Of a stretch of DNA of 64,000 bases, positions 63,541-64,000 are shown piece by piece (the stretch's first letter is position 1; the number at the start of each line of letters is the position of its first letter). Origin of the DNA: an uncultured Acidimicrobiaceae bacterium. GTDB lineage: Bacteria > Actinomycetota > Acidimicrobiia > Acidimicrobiales > RAAP-2. The DNA is taken from NCBI GenBank assembly GCA_963774485.1, contig CAVZFG010000003.1, forward strand, positions 1,150 through 65,149, given 5' to 3'. The position numbers and the translations under genes are program-made. The notes beneath the pieces were generated by a model, which did not search any database, was not told the DNA's origin, and worked only from the letters and a program-made list of their open reading frames with translations.

Positions 63541-64000
63541 TCTCAAGGTCTCCTTCGGCGGGGTTGCCGCCGTTGACGGAGTCTCGTTCGAGGTCGAGGC
63601 TGGGACCCTGCTCGGCCTGATCGGCCCCAACGGTGCGGGCAAGACCACCACGGTCGAGGCGGTCACCGGCTTCGCGCCACTGGCCTCGGGCACCATCAGC
63701 TTCGACGGCCACGCCATCGAGAGATGGCCGCCGCACCGTCGGGCGCGGGCCGGGCTCGTGCGAACCTTCCAGTCGGTGGAGCTCTTCGACGACCTGAGCG
63801 TGCGCGAGAACCTTCTCGCCGCCGCCCACCGCCGCACCTGGCGCCAGTCGTTGCTCGACACGCTGTGGCCCCGACGTCACGGGGACCCCGACTCGGTCGA
63901 CGAGGCGCTCGAAGCCGCCGGCATCGCCGAACTCGGGCCGATGTCGCCGGCCGAGCTCAGCCAGGGCCAGCGCAAGCTGTGCGGGCTGGCCCGGGCACTG
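63517..64000 (+). CDS. ABC-transporter ATP-binding protein, LivG-like (3' end outside window)
   Basis: GTG 63517 follows GGAAGGAA and overlaps the permease end. My translation is [43 protein letters not shown] (Walker A) ..RTFQSVELFDDLSVRENL (Q-loop) ..LSQGQRKL (signature-like). The frame is open to the window edge. Confidence 0.88.

Overview
High-G+C (about 70% by eye, not computed) actinobacterial chromosome segment. The phylum call rests on two WhiB-family genes, an Sdh1-type succinate dehydrogenase, a DivIVA-domain gene and a UPF0182 / Lon-PDZ / DUF2342 neighbourhood; the class cannot be fixed from this window. Most of it is conserved core. This includes purH-folD-metF, icd-mdh, and a circularly permuted ATP-grasp / alpha-E / transglutaminase operon. 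It also includes a sqr-tusE/dsrC-dsrE sulfur cluster, sdhCAB with a divergent LysR, and a ChlI-like AAA+ / VWA pair. The remaining core genes are mreB, the Lon-PDZ protease, a DivIVA-domain protein, UPF0182, an initiator tRNA-Met and a Liv-type ABC operon. There are three accessory-looking stretches. (i) 3.0-17.2 kb is a cell-surface island. It holds a sedolisin-PstS-like fusion, a roughly 1600-aa protein (Ig repeats, PstS-like domain, delta-60 propeller), an orphan FtsX permease and a two-gene nucleotidyltransferase cassette preceded by tandem direct repeats. (ii) 26.4-28.3 kb holds a choice-of-anchor-A protein plus an orphan anchor-like remnant. (iii) 59.2-64 kb lies downstream of the tRNA. 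No CRISPR array, transposase, integrase or rRNA was recognised. Major caveat: roughly 40 places exist where a recognisable protein continues in another reading frame, including icd, mdh, sdhA, sdhB and mreB. This looks like indel sequencing or assembly error, so many CDS ends below are reconstructed across frameshifts and are approximate. The most interesting candidates are listed here. First, a shared non-canonical C-terminal anchor-like tail (PE-x6-L-P, hydrophobic stretch, Arg-rich end) seen three times with no sorting enzyme in the window. Second, PstS-like domains embedded in large secreted proteins. Third, the NTase cassette with its repeat-structured promoter. Fourth, an apparent DivIVA / phage-Mu-F-like fusion. 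Fifth, an adjacent pair of proteases whose catalytic motifs both look degenerate.
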